Shown: piece by piece, positions 10,695 to 19,939 of the stretch
Position numbering within the stretch: the first letter of the stretch is position 1
Layout of the letters: each line of letters begins with the position of its first letter
From: an uncultured Verrucomicrobiae bacterium
GTDB taxonomy: Bacteria; Verrucomicrobiota; Verrucomicrobiia; Limisphaerales; Palsa-1400
Direction of reading: 5' to 3'
NCBI GenBank assembly: GCA_963764165.1
Contig: CAVXRD010000002.1
Location: 1,632,001 to 1,696,000 of the forward strand
Length of the DNA stretch: 64,000 nt
Made by a program: the position numbers and the translations under genes
Notes under the pieces: generated by a model
What the model saw: the letters and a program-made list of their open reading frames with translations, nothing else
What the model was told of the DNA's origin: nothing
Database searches by the model: none

Positions 10695-10805
10695 GGGAGC
10701 GCGGTCGTCTCGAGCGCCGCCTTCGGCGTCCCGCCGCAGGCATTTCTTCTGCAACGGCCAGCCGGCGAGACGCCGACTGGAGGCGACCGGGACGGTCGCA
10801 CTGCC
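10695..10805. repeat. REPIN-like imperfect inverted repeat between convergent genes
   Basis: GGGAGCGCGGTCGTCTCG..TTCGGCGTCCCGCCG pairs with CGGCGAGACGCCGA..CCGGGACGGTCGCACTGCC. A related arm, CCGGGACGGTCGCGCTCCC, lies at about 34270-34288. Confidence 0.65.
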
Positions 10806-10808
10806 TTC

Positions 10809-11933
10809 TTATTTGCACGGCCAACCCTCCTTGAGAATCCGCCGGACGGCCTGAAGCAACGCGTCTGCTTCAGCATCGTTGCCAATGGTGACGCGGAGGT
10901 AATCGCAAACTTCCGGCGCGCTGAACCAGCGCACCAGCACGCGCTTCTCACGCAGTTTGGCCAGCCACTCCTTCGCTGGAAATTGTGGAGGGCGCGTCAA
11001 AACGAAATTTGTCTGGCTCGGAAGCGTCTGGAATCCAAGTGAGCTCAATTCCTTGCAAAGCCGCTCGCGGGTGGCGATGAGCGTCTTGAAATTGCGCCGG
11101 TAATACGGAAGATCGCGCAGCGTCGCCGCCGCCGCCACCTGGCCCAGGCCGTTCACGTTGTAGCTGTCGCGAATTTTGTGCAGCGCTTCGATCAAATCCG
11201 GATGGCCGCACATGTATCCGACACGCAGGAAGCAAAGCGAGTAAGCCTTGGAAAACGTGCGGGCGACGAGCACGTTGGGCATTTCCCGCGAAAGCGAGAA
11301 CGCATTTTCCTTCGCAAAATCAACGTAGGCTTCGTCAAGTATAACAACGCCCCGCAGGGACCGGCACAGGGCGCGCAACTCGTCCGGGCTGTAGCCGCGC
11401 CCGCTCGGCGCATTCGGCGTGGTGATGAGCGTCAGCGGCGCGTAGGAATCGAAAATGCCACCACTGCGCAATTCGGCAAGCGGGGGAATTGAGAAGTCAG
11501 GCTTGAGCGGAACCGGATGGCGGCGCGCGCCGTGAATATCCGCCAGAACGGGATAGAGCGAATAACTGGGCGTGAAATATTGGATGGGCGCGCCAGGTTC
11601 CACAAACGCCCGCGTGACCAGCGCCAGCAATTCATCCGAGCCATTGCCAACAATCAGGTTCTCCATGCCGCACCCGTGAAATTTGGCCAGTTGCGTTCTG
11701 ACGCTGTCGGCGGTTGGATTGGGATACAGGCGCATGCGCCCATCGACCGCCCCGCGGATGGCGCTCAGAACTATGGGCGAGGGCGGGTATGGATTTTCGT
11801 TGGTGTTCAACTTGACGAGGCCGCGAATTTTCGGCTGCTCGCCAGGAACATACGGGTGCAATTCCTTTACCAGCGGGCGAATCAATGAAGATGGCTTGGG
11901 AGAACTCATGGGAAAATGGAGCAAAGCCGTCAC
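10809..11933 (-). CDS. hisC: Histidinol-phosphate aminotransferase
   Basis: Motifs KLNTNENPYPP, GNGSDE, PNAPSG, DEAYVDF and RTFSKAYSL (PLP lysine). Start is either 11933 (overlapping the upstream stop) or ATG 11909. Confidence 0.93.
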   Translation of the reverse strand: MTALLHFPMSSPKPSSLIRPLVKELHPYVPGEQPKIRGLVKLNTNENPYPPSPIVLSAIRGAVDGRMRLYPNPTADSVRTQLAKFHGCGMENLIVGNGSDELLALVTRAFVEPGAPIQYFTPSYSLYPVLADIHGARRHPVPLKPDFSIPPLAELRSGGIFDSYAPLTLITTPNAPSGRGYSPDELRALCRSLRGVVILDEAYVDFAKENAFSLSREMPNVLVARTFSKAYSLCFLRVGYMCGHPDLIEALHKIRDSYNVNGLGQVAAAATLRDLPYYRRNFKTLIATRERLCKELSSLGFQTLPSQTNFVLTRPPQFPAKEWLAKLREKRVLVRWFSAPEVCDYLRVTIGNDAEADALLQAVRRILKEGWPCK

Positions 11934-13330
11934 TCGGGCCGATCCATCGATTGCGTGATCAGGCTCGGCTGCTGCGGTCCCCGCGAGCGGCGGATGAGGA
12001 AAATCACCAGCGCGGCGGCAATGGTCAACAGCGCCAGCGCGATGACAAACAACAGGACTTGCTGCACAGTCGATGCCGTCGCCGGCAGCGGGCTCGGAGC
12101 GGGAGCCGGTTCGGATAATTTTGGCGCGACGGCTTCCGCTGGAGGATTGGAAGGCGGCGATTCCGGAATGACGGCGGCGCTCGCTGGGGCGGGCGCCACG
12201 TTTGTTTGGGGCAACGCTGGCGCTGGCGTGGGCGTCGTCGCCGGGGATGCGACAACGGTCGATGGAATATTGGTGATGGCAGGCGCCGAAGGCGGAGTCG
12301 GCGCTGGCGCCGGTTTTATAGGCGCGGCGGCGGCAGGCATGGCAGCAGCCATTTGCCGCGGCGGCGCGGCGGGTGGCGGCGTTTCAGCGGCGGCGGCACG
12401 AACGACGGCGGGAATTTCAAATTTCTGCGGCTCGGGATCCGGGGTGGGGATTATTTTCGAGGGAGGCGGAGGCGCCACAACTGGCGCGGGCGCAGGCGCA
12501 GTCACAACAAGGGGCGGCGGCGTGTTGGTCGCCGCCGGCGGCGGAAGCGGGTCCGCCGTGTGCGGCACTGTGATGGCACTGGGAAAGTTGATCGAGTAAT
12601 CGAAGAACACATGATTGCTGGCGGCGAGCACCGTGACGAATGGATCATGGCTCGTTTTGAACTGTCGGGCATACTGGCGCTGCAATTCATTGAGGTCACT
12701 GTCGAACGGCGTGCCTTTAATTGGATCGCTGCCGTCATGTATGAGGATGATGGTCAGGCGCTCCGAGTTGAGAATCGCCTGCTGAAGGCCCGGCCAGACT
12801 TTTTCCAGGTGCGAACGCTTTTCGAACGGCACCAAATGCAAATATTGCAGGAGCGTGCTGATGACTTGATCCTTGCCCTCTTCCGCCCAAACCTGGCGGG
12901 GAAATTCCGTGTTGAGCTTATCCGAATACGTCCACACGCCGAAGGTGTCGCCGTTGCGCATTTCGCCCTTCATGCTGGATTTGAGCAGATCGCGCACAGC
13001 GGTGTCCGAGCCTTCCTGGCGCGATTTCATCGCCGACGATGTGTCAATAATAAACAAAAACCGGTTCTCCATCGTGTGCGGCGCGGCGGTGGCGTCTTGA
13101 ATAAGGCAGAGGGAGAAGACGGCCAATCTCACCGCGAGATTAATAATACGCGAAGGACAGCCACGCTTTTTATCTCCCTCTCTTCCACGAAGTGGAGGAG
13201 AGGGCCGGGGAGAGGAGGAGATTAGCTCGGTTCTCCCCTCCCTATCCCCGCCGGGCCGGGCGGGGGGATCAGCGAGACGCGTTTTGATTCGCGACTGTAA
13301 TAAATTGAGCCGCGCGAGACAGGGGTTCAT
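11930..13330 (-). CDS. Exported VWA-like domain protein with a Pro/Ala-rich stalk and C-terminal TM anchor
   Basis: MIDAS-like FIIDTSSAM motif, IILIHDG, a long Pro/Ala-rich linker and a hydrophobic helix followed by RRSR. Start is uncertain (ATG 13330 or GTG 13132). The 13645 start in the track overlaps the NYN gene and is rejected. Confidence 0.7.
   Translation of the reverse strand: MNPCLARLNLLQSRIKTRLADPPARPGGDREGRTELISSSPRPSPPLRGREGDKKRGCPSRIINLAVRLAVFSLCLIQDATAAPHTMENRFLFIIDTSSAMKSRQEGSDTAVRDLLKSSMKGEMRNGDTFGVWTYSDKLNTEFPRQVWAEEGKDQVISTLLQYLHLVPFEKRSHLEKVWPGLQQAILNSERLTIILIHDGSDPIKGTPFDSDLNELQRQYARQFKTSHDPFVTVLAASNHVFFDYSINFPSAITVPHTADPLPPPAATNTPPPLVVTAPAPAPVVAPPPPSKIIPTPDPEPQKFEIPAVVRAAAAETPPPAAPPRQMAAAMPAAAAPIKPAPAPTPPSAPAITNIPSTVVASPATTPTPAPALPQTNVAPAPASAAVIPESPPSNPPAEAVAPKLSEPAPAPSPLPATASTVQQVLLFVIALALLTIAAALVIFLIRRSRGPQQPSLITQSMDRPE
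13173..13270. repeat. REP-like element (CTCTCCCCGGCCCTCTCC family) at the 5' end of the VWA-like gene
   Basis: Minus strand reads CTCCTCTCCCCGGCCCTCTCCTCCACTTCGTGGAAGAGAGGGAGA, which forms a hairpin, with a degenerate partner at about 13231-13270. Confidence 0.6.
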
Positions 13331-13331
13331 A

Positions 13332-13799
13332 TCAACGTGGCGCCTTGAAGCCCGCTTTCTGGCGGTGGTTGTGATGGACGATTTCGCGCTGCTGCTCCTG
13401 CAATGTTCGTTCGATATCAGCAATAAAATTGGCGCAACTCGATGACATCCCGCCGTGATAAAAAACCGTGTTGCGCTCGGCGAAATCGTCGGTGACGGCG
13501 AGCACCTCGCCGTAGGACGCCATGCGCACAGCCACGCGCTCGATGATCTGGTCGGCCGTCTGCCCGCTGCGGGAATAGATAATCTCCAACTCCGGCGTGG
13601 ACGGATATTCCGAGGCGGTTGATTTGCCAGCCCCGTCGAAGACAATGGTAATCGGCGTGTGGGTCGCGTCGCGGAAAAGAGTCAGGACGCGGATCAGCTC
13701 GTCACGCGCTTCCATGCAATGACGCGGTTTGCCGGGCGCCAGCTCCGGCCAGCTATGCAGGAGACTGTAGCCATCGACAAGTATGCGCACCAACGCCAT
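13332..13799 (-). CDS. NYN-domain (YacP/Rae1-like) ribonuclease
   Basis: PIN/NYN acidic motifs ILVDGYSLL, IVFDG, TADQIIER and VTDD. Confidence 0.85.
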   Translation of the reverse strand: MALVRILVDGYSLLHSWPELAPGKPRHCMEARDELIRVLTLFRDATHTPITIVFDGAGKSTASEYPSTPELEIIYSRSGQTADQIIERVAVRMASYGEVLAVTDDFAERNTVFYHGGMSSSCANFIADIERTLQEQQREIVHHNHRQKAGFKAPR

Positions 13800-13806
13800 A
13801 GGTGAT

Positions 13807-13835
13807 AGTGTAGGCTTTCAACGAGCCCCGCACAA
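13807..13835 (-). promoter_or_regulatory. Sigma70 promoter, probably giving a leaderless mRNA for the NYN gene
   Basis: Minus strand TTGTGC, 17-nt spacer, TACACT, then 7 nt to ATG 13799. Confidence 0.55.
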
Positions 13836-13849
13836 CGCGAAATCCCAAT

Positions 13850-13873
13850 GGCAGGGACGCCTCGCCGAGCGTC
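13850..13873. repeat. REP unit, GGGACGCCTCGCCGAGGCGTCC family (degenerate)
   Basis: GGCAGGGACGCCTCGCCGAGCGTC; same family as the copies at 19837, 22069, 26198, 27609 and 52548. Confidence 0.65.
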
Positions 13874-13991
13874 TGGTCGCGCGTGAAATTCTAACCTTGG
13901 GCTGAATGATCCAATCTCTTCAGGATTGGGGAATTACCGCCCATTTCGAACTCGACCGACAACAGCCAGAAACCTTGGTTGAGTCGCCGCC

Positions 13992-14720
13992 TCAATCCGC
14001 CACAGCCAAATCCATCGTCGGCAAATAATATAGAATCCGCCCGCAGTTCGGGCAGGTCACCAAATCTTTCCCGCCCTGGCAGGACACCACAAGCTGGGTC
14101 GGGAAACGCATGTGGCAGCCTCCGCAAACACCGTGCTCGATCCCAACCACCACGTTGTCGCCCTTGAATTTCAAGAGTCGCTCATACATCCGCAAAATGC
14201 GTTCCTCGATGTCCGGCGTCAATTGGCTGCGGTTGCCTTCCAACGCGGCGAGTTCGGCTTGGAGATTCTTTTCGCGGGCGTCCAATTCGCGCAATTGGCC
14301 TTCGGCGATCGCCTTGGCTTGATTCGCTTCGCGGGTCGCGACGGCCATTTCCTTTTGCAGCCCTTCGATTTTTTCCATCAACTCCAATTGCTGATCTTCC
14401 AGCTTGGAAATGGCCTCCTGGCAATTGGTGATTTCGTGGGCCAGGGCGCGGTATTCCTCGTTCTTCTTGGTTTGAAATTGCTGCAGGCCGTATTTGCCTA
14501 TCTGCTGCTTCTTGGCTTCGACTTCCAGCTCCGAATTCTTGCGGTCGGTCTCGGCTTGCTTTACTTTGGTGCGCACGGCTTCGAGACCGGCCTGCGTGCT
14601 GGCGGCCTTGGATTGGTACACTTCACGTTCCGGCTGGATCCTGGCCAGTTGCTCGCGGGTGCTCATGATCCGGCGATCCCTGTCTTGCAAAATGAGTAGT
14701 TTTTCGATTATATGTTGCAT
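13992..14720 (-). CDS. Coiled-coil protein with a C4 zinc ribbon (DUF164 / CT398-like)
   Basis: Long heptad region (KKNEEYRALAHEI) followed by CGGCHM..CPNCGRILY. Confidence 0.88.
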   Translation of the reverse strand: MQHIIEKLLILQDRDRRIMSTREQLARIQPEREVYQSKAASTQAGLEAVRTKVKQAETDRKNSELEVEAKKQQIGKYGLQQFQTKKNEEYRALAHEITNCQEAISKLEDQQLELMEKIEGLQKEMAVATREANQAKAIAEGQLRELDAREKNLQAELAALEGNRSQLTPDIEERILRMYERLLKFKGDNVVVGIEHGVCGGCHMRFPTQLVVSCQGGKDLVTCPNCGRILYYLPTMDLAVAD

Positions 14721-14836
14721 TGGGCCAAATCCGTTCGTGTTGCGCGGAAACGGTAAAGGCCGCGGCGCGACAAGTCAATGCGGATGCTCGCCGCGACCGG
14801 AAATAAAACAAACGGACGCCCGGCCATAGTAATGCC

Positions 14837-16291
14837 ATGTCAAAATTAATTAAAAAGGCCGTTTTCGTGCTCGCCGCCCTGCTGGCTGGCGGCGGCCCGC
14901 TCCATGCCAAGGATTCCCCCGCGCTCCAAATGGCCCGGCAGCTCAATGAAGCGTTCATCGAAGTGGCCGACAAAGTTTCTCCCTCCGTGGTCGTCATTGA
15001 TATTCGCCAGAAGGTCGCGGCCAAGGACGCGGAGGAATCCGGTTCTTACTGGGATATTCTGCCGCCGGAACTGCGCCGCAAATTTCAGCAGAAACACGGT
15101 GGCACCAACCAGGAGGAACAACCGCCCCAGTATCTGGAGGGCGAAGGCTCCGGGGTTATTGTTTCCGCCGATGGATACATTCTGACGAACGATCACGTTG
15201 TCGACGCCGCGGATGAAATCCTTGTGCGATTGAAGGATGGGCGCTCGTTCAAGGGCGAAGTCAGGGGCCTCGATCCCCAATCCGACATTGCGGTGATCAA
15301 GATCAAAGCGGCCGGCCTGACGGCGGCCAAGCTCGGCAATTCAGACGCTTCGCGCGTCGGGGAATTCGTCGTGGCCATCGGCGCGCCGTTTGAATTGAAC
15401 GACACCGTAACCGTCGGCCACATTAGCGCGAAAGCGCGGACGCTCGATCACGGCGTTGTCGATTATCTCCAGACGGACGCCAAAATTCTGCCCGGCAACA
15501 GCGGCGGGCCGCTGGTCAATCTTTATGGCGAAGTCGTCGGCATCAACACCATGATTGAAGGGCTTGATACGGGCATCGGTTTCGCGGTCCCGATCAACCT
15601 GGCCAGGGAGATCAAGGATCGCTTGATTTCGCAAGGCAAGGTCACGCGCTCCTACCTCGGCATATTCATCGAAGATTTCAAGGAAGAGAACCCGTTCGAG
15701 ACTGGCGGCCTTTCGCGCGGCTCCCGCGAGGGTGTGCTGGTGAAGCAAATTTTCCAGGGCGGTCCTGCTGCCCGGGCCGATTTGCGGGAGGACGATGTGA
15801 TTACGTCTGTCGATGGCAAAACTGTGCAAACCACGCGCCAGCTTCAAGACGCTGTCATGTATAAGAAGCCCGGATCCGTGACGACGCTCGAAGTCCTTCG
15901 CGGGAAAAAGCGTCTCGTCGTCAAAGTCACCTTGAGCGCAAAACCGGAAGAACCCCGGCTGGCCGATGACCGGGGACACGCGCCCGCGCCGTTGGAAGCA
16001 ACGCAATTGGGCATGACGGTCCGGGGCCTGACGAAAGACCTGGCCGACGAGTTCAATGTCGACGCCACCTCCGGCCTGCTGATCACCGCCGTGGAACGGG
16101 ATTCGCTGGCCGATCAACAGGAGATCAAGGCTGGCGACGTCATCTTGAAAATCAATCGCAAGCCCGTGACCACGCTTAGGCAATTCCGCGACGCGATCAA
16201 GGCGGCCGATCCCGAGCACGGCGTCGTTCTCCATCTTGTCGGCGACAGCGGCACCCGCCTCGTCGTCCTCAAGGACGCAAGCGCGAATTAG
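14837..16291 (+). CDS. htrA: HtrA/DegP-family periplasmic serine protease with two PDZ domains
   Basis: Signal peptide, GSGVIV, LTNDHVV (His), DIAVIKI (Asp), PGNSGGPL (Ser) and two PDZ repeats. Confidence 0.9.
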   Translation: MSKLIKKAVFVLAALLAGGGPLHAKDSPALQMARQLNEAFIEVADKVSPSVVVIDIRQKVAAKDAEESGSYWDILPPELRRKFQQKHGGTNQEEQPPQYLEGEGSGVIVSADGYILTNDHVVDAADEILVRLKDGRSFKGEVRGLDPQSDIAVIKIKAAGLTAAKLGNSDASRVGEFVVAIGAPFELNDTVTVGHISAKARTLDHGVVDYLQTDAKILPGNSGGPLVNLYGEVVGINTMIEGLDTGIGFAVPINLAREIKDRLISQGKVTRSYLGIFIEDFKEENPFETGGLSRGSREGVLVKQIFQGGPAARADLREDDVITSVDGKTVQTTRQLQDAVMYKKPGSVTTLEVLRGKKRLVVKVTLSAKPEEPRLADDRGHAPAPLEATQLGMTVRGLTKDLADEFNVDATSGLLITAVERDSLADQQEIKAGDVILKINRKPVTTLRQFRDAIKAADPEHGVVLHLVGDSGTRLVVLKDASAN

Positions 16292-16301
16292 CATTTTTTT
16301 C

Positions 16302-17411
16302 ATGGCAACCCCAGACATCCGCTCGCAGACTCCCGAGCAAATCCAGCGGCAATTTCAGCAATGGGAGGAGCCGGCTTACCGGGTGGGCCAGCTATTGCAA
16401 TGGCTCTACGACCGGCGCGCGGCCAATTGGGACGAAATGTCCAATTTGCCGAAGGCGCTGCGCCAGAAACTGGCGGAAAGCTATTCGCTTTCGTGGCCGG
16501 AATTGGCCAAGCGCCAAGGCGCGCGCGATACCACGCAAAAATTCTTGTGGAAGCTGGCCGATGGGGCGCTGATCGAGAGCGTGCTGATTCCAGCCAGCCC
16601 GAGTCTTTACGGCGAGTCCAGCGACCGGCACACGCTTTGCGTTTCGACGCAAGTCGGCTGCGCGTATGGCTGCAAATTTTGCGCCAGCGGGCTGGAAGGC
16701 TGGCGGCGCAATCTCGGCGTGGAGGAAATTGTCAATCAAGTGCTTGCCGTCGAGCGGACCGAAAGCGGCGCGGAGCGCCTTGTCAGCAACATCGTCATCA
16801 TGGGCATGGGCGAGCCGCTGGCCAATTACGATAATTTGCTGGCCGCGTTGCGAATTCTCAACGCGCCCTGGGGCGGGAAGATTGGCGCGCGAAAAATCAC
16901 CGTTTCGACGAGCGGGCTTGCCCCGCAAATCCGCCGCCTGGCCGACGAGCCGCAGCAATTCCGCCTCGCCGTTTCCCTGCACGGCGCGACCGATGAAATT
17001 CGCGCCCGCATCATGCCCGTCAATAAGAAGTATCCACTGAAGGAGCTCGCTGCCGCCTGCTCCTATTACCAGGAGAAAAAGGGCCGCATGATCACGCTCG
17101 AATATATTTTGATCGCGGGCGTAAACGACGATTCGGATCAGGCGACGCCGCTGGCGAAATTGGCCTTGAACCTCCACGCAAAGGTCAACCTTATCCCATA
17201 CAACAAAGTGGAAGGGCTGCCGTGGGTGCGCCCCGAGGAGAGCGCGCAGGAGGCATTCCTTGCCGCGCTGGAAAAATACAACGTGACCGCCACCCTGCGC
17301 CGCGAAAAAGGCGGTGAAATTGACGCCGCCTGCGGACAGCTTCGCCTGAAAACGGAACGCGAACTGAGCCTGCAGGCAGAAACCGCCGCAGTGCCGTCCG
17401 TCGCACCTTGA
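16302..17411 (+). CDS. rlmN: Dual-specificity rRNA/tRNA C2-methyltransferase RlmN
   Basis: CVSTQVGCAYGCKFC, MGMGEP, VSLHG and IDAACGQL. Start set to ATG 16302. Confidence 0.93.
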   Translation: MATPDIRSQTPEQIQRQFQQWEEPAYRVGQLLQWLYDRRAANWDEMSNLPKALRQKLAESYSLSWPELAKRQGARDTTQKFLWKLADGALIESVLIPASPSLYGESSDRHTLCVSTQVGCAYGCKFCASGLEGWRRNLGVEEIVNQVLAVERTESGAERLVSNIVIMGMGEPLANYDNLLAALRILNAPWGGKIGARKITVSTSGLAPQIRRLADEPQQFRLAVSLHGATDEIRARIMPVNKKYPLKELAAACSYYQEKKGRMITLEYILIAGVNDDSDQATPLAKLALNLHAKVNLIPYNKVEGLPWVRPEESAQEAFLAALEKYNVTATLRREKGGEIDAACGQLRLKTERELSLQAETAAVPSVAP

Positions 17412-17415
17412 TCTC

Positions 17416-18261
17416 ATGAACGACTTGTTCGAAGTCGTTTATGAAGACCCGGACATTCTGGTTGTCAACAAACCGGCAGGACTGGTCTGCCATCCGACCA
17501 AGGGCGACGAGTATTCCAGCCTGGTCAGCCGCATCCGCTTGTATTTTAGCATGGCTCGGCAGGAGCCTCGCCCTACCGAGCGTGCGGTAGGGCGAGGCTC
17601 CTGCCGAGCCGACGCCACCACAGCAGATTCTCGCCATACCTCCGCCCATCTCATCAACCGACTTGACAGGGAAACGAGCGGGATTGTCATGGCCGCCAAA
17701 AATTCAGCGGCCGCCGGGGAATTGGGAAAGTTGTGGGAACGCAGAAGCGTGCAGAAATTTTATCTGGCCATTGTGCATGGCACGATGGAGAAGCAGCACA
17801 GCGTCATCGAATTGCCGCTGGGAAAGGACGAGGCCAGCCAGATTGCGGTGAAGGATTGTGTGCGTCCCGACGGCGCAACCGCGCGCACCGAATACATCGC
17901 GCACGCTCATTTTCAGCGGGGCGGGCGGGATTTTTCCCTCGTGCGCGTCTGGCCGTTGACAGGGCGCAAGCATCAAATTCGCATTCATCTCGCAGCCGCC
18001 GGCCACCCCGTTGTCGGGGATAAATTATACGGCGGCGACGAGGATTTATATTTGGCGCTGGCGCAGGATCGATTGACGGACGAGCAGCGGGCGCGATTGA
18101 TTTTGCCGAACCAGGCCCTGCATTGCGTCGAACTCAAATTGACGTGGCGCGGAAATGACATGATATTTCGAGCGCCGCCGGACTCCGCATTTTCGGAATT
18201 TGCGGGGTTGCCAGCGGAAAAGGCAGCAGCCACTGTTACAGCAATCTCTTATGAAAATTGA
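17416..18261 (+). CDS. RluA-family pseudouridine synthase carrying an in-frame palindromic insertion
   Basis: [17 protein letters not shown] (catalytic Asp), [21 protein letters not shown] and QALH. Confidence 0.9.
   Translation: MNDLFEVVYEDPDILVVNKPAGLVCHPTKGDEYSSLVSRIRLYFSMARQEPRPTERAVGRGSCRADATTADSRHTSAHLINRLDRETSGIVMAAKNSAAAGELGKLWERRSVQKFYLAIVHGTMEKQHSVIELPLGKDEASQIAVKDCVRPDGATARTEYIAHAHFQRGGRDFSLVRVWPLTGRKHQIRIHLAAAGHPVVGDKLYGGDEDLYLALAQDRLTDEQRARLILPNQALHCVELKLTWRGNDMIFRAPPDSAFSEFAGLPAEKAAATVTAISYEN
17553..17610. repeat. Perfect 26-bp REP inverted repeat inside the RluA-family CDS
   Basis: GGCTCGGCAGGAGCCTCGCCCTACCG (17553-17578), 6-nt loop, CGGTAGGGCGAGGCTCCTGCCGAGCC (17585-17610). 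Confidence 0.92.
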
Positions 18262-18568
18262 AAAACTCAAGGCGTGCGACGGCGAGTCCCCGAAAACCGG
18301 CGACAAGGTCACTGTCCATTATACAGGATGGCTGACGGACGGAACGAAATTCGACAGCTCGGTGGATCGCAAAGATCCGTTCAGCTTCGTCCTCGGCGAA
18401 GGCCAGGTCATTCGCGGCTGGGACCAGGGCGTTGCGACCATGAAGGTTGGCGACAAGGTGAAGCTGACGATTCCGCCTGAACTCGCCTACGGCCGCGAAG
18501 GCTATCCGGGCGCGATTCCGCCGAACGCGACGTTGATTTTCGAAGTCGAACTGCTCAAGGTTGGTTAA
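18251..18568 (+). CDS. FKBP-type peptidyl-prolyl cis-trans isomerase
   Basis: [47 protein letters not shown] 18251 overlaps the RluA stop. Confidence 0.93.
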   Translation: MKIEKLKACDGESPKTGDKVTVHYTGWLTDGTKFDSSVDRKDPFSFVLGEGQVIRGWDQGVATMKVGDKVKLTIPPELAYGREGYPGAIPPNATLIFEVELLKVG

Positions 18569-18578
18569 GTCAAACGCA

Positions 18579-18648
18579 CGGCAGGGCGAGGCTCCCGCCG
18601 AGCCATTCCCTCATTCGAACATGACTCGGCATGAGCCTCGCCCTGCCG
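18579..18648. repeat. Intergenic REPIN, same family as the RluA insertion
   Basis: CGGCAGGGCGAGGCTCCCGCCGAGCC ... GACTCGGCATGAGCCTCGCCCTGCCG, between convergent genes. Confidence 0.85.
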
Positions 18649-18665
18649 ATTCGCTCCGCGTGGCA

Positions 18666-19772
18666 TTAATTCCCCGGCAAATCAACCCGTCGTCCGGTCT
18701 TGGCTGATTCACGGGCGGCGTCCAGAATTTCCGTTACGACCATGTTTACTTCCAACGAAGAAAGCCCGGAAGGTTTGGTTTCGCCGCGAACAATCGAGGC
18801 CAGATACGACAATTGATCGTGCTCCGGGCCATCTGGATTTTGATTGGGCAGCTTCTGTTCGGTTTCGGTTTTGTCGCCCAGTTTGCGGATGTGCAGCAAA
18901 TCCCGGCGAGGCGCAATCACATAACCCGTTTTTCCGTAAACCTCCATATCCTTGCGGTCCATCGGCCAATTCCACGAGGCTTGAATGATGCCTTGGGCTT
19001 TCGGGTATGTGACAACAATGGTCGCCTCATCCTCCACCTTTGGATAAATGTCCGGCTTGATTTGCTGTGTGACGGCGAACACGGAAGTGGGCCGCTGGCC
19101 ACCCATCAGCCACGTCATCAAATCCGCGCCATAGCACCCGAAATCCGGCAGCGCCCCGCCGCCGTTTTCGACCGGGTCTGTCAACCATTTCAAGAAAGTT
19201 TCCGAGCAGCCGATTTCGCGCGGACCGCGATGGCCGTCATGCACCACAATTTTCCGCAAGTCGCCAATGGCGCGATCTTCATTCGCGATCTGGTAAATGG
19301 CGCGGTTGGCCGGATACCACGTCGTCTCGTAATTTACGATGACCTGGATGCCTCCCTCCTTGGCCGCCGTTTGAATGGCGCGGGCTTCCTGCATATCTAC
19401 CGCCAGCGGTTTCTCCACCATCACGTTGATGTGAAGCGGCGCGCACAATTCCACCACCGCGCGATGTCCGAGCGTGCTCGTAAACGCCGCGACGGCATCG
19501 ACATTCGTTTTGGCACGCAATGCTTCCAGCGTGGGAAAAAAAAGACCCGTGCCGAGATGAAATCGTTTTGCGTAAGACTCACACAGCGTTTTATCCGGCT
19601 CAACAATGCCGACCAGTTGCGCATCCGCGTGCTCCTTAGTTAGCGGGATAAATCCGTAAGCGTGGTCATGCACCAAACCCATCATGGCGACGTGAACGGG
19701 ACGTTTCGCGTCCTGCCCTTCGACGGCGTGAAGTGAGAGCAGCAAACCCGCGAGAGCAGCGATTGTCTTCAT
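18666..19772 (-). CDS. Gfo/Idh/MocA-family oxidoreductase with a signal peptide
   Basis: VMVEKPLA and GGGALPDFGCYG motifs; hydrophobic N-terminus. Confidence 0.85.
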   Translation of the reverse strand: MKTIAALAGLLLSLHAVEGQDAKRPVHVAMMGLVHDHAYGFIPLTKEHADAQLVGIVEPDKTLCESYAKRFHLGTGLFFPTLEALRAKTNVDAVAAFTSTLGHRAVVELCAPLHINVMVEKPLAVDMQEARAIQTAAKEGGIQVIVNYETTWYPANRAIYQIANEDRAIGDLRKIVVHDGHRGPREIGCSETFLKWLTDPVENGGGALPDFGCYGADLMTWLMGGQRPTSVFAVTQQIKPDIYPKVEDEATIVVTYPKAQGIIQASWNWPMDRKDMEVYGKTGYVIAPRRDLLHIRKLGDKTETEQKLPNQNPDGPEHDQLSYLASIVRGETKPSGLSSLEVNMVVTEILDAARESAKTGRRVDLPGN

Positions 19773-19836
19773 GGTCGCGTCAACGTATCAGTCGGCTCCT
19801 GTCGTGGCAATCGCAAGGTGCGAGAGTCGCGAAGCG

Positions 19837-19933
19837 AGGTAAGGACGCCTCGCCGAGGCGTCCGAGGTCGTAGTGTCGTTCGAACGCGTTCGAACTCGCG
19901 AAAGTCCCCGGACGCCTCGGCGAGGCGCTACCT
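19837..19933. repeat. REPIN, GGGACGCCTCGCCGAGGCGTCC family
   Basis: AGGTAAGGACGCCTCGCCGAGGCGTCCG ... CGGACGCCTCGGCGAGGCGCTACCT. The spacer contains the perfect palindrome GTTCGAACGCGTTCGAAC (19878-19895). Confidence 0.8.
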
Positions 19934-19939
19934 TTTGCG

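Noticed and set aside
13331..13645. N-terminal extension of the 571-aa ORF
   Set aside because: It overlaps the NYN gene in another frame on the same strand and has no protein-like features.
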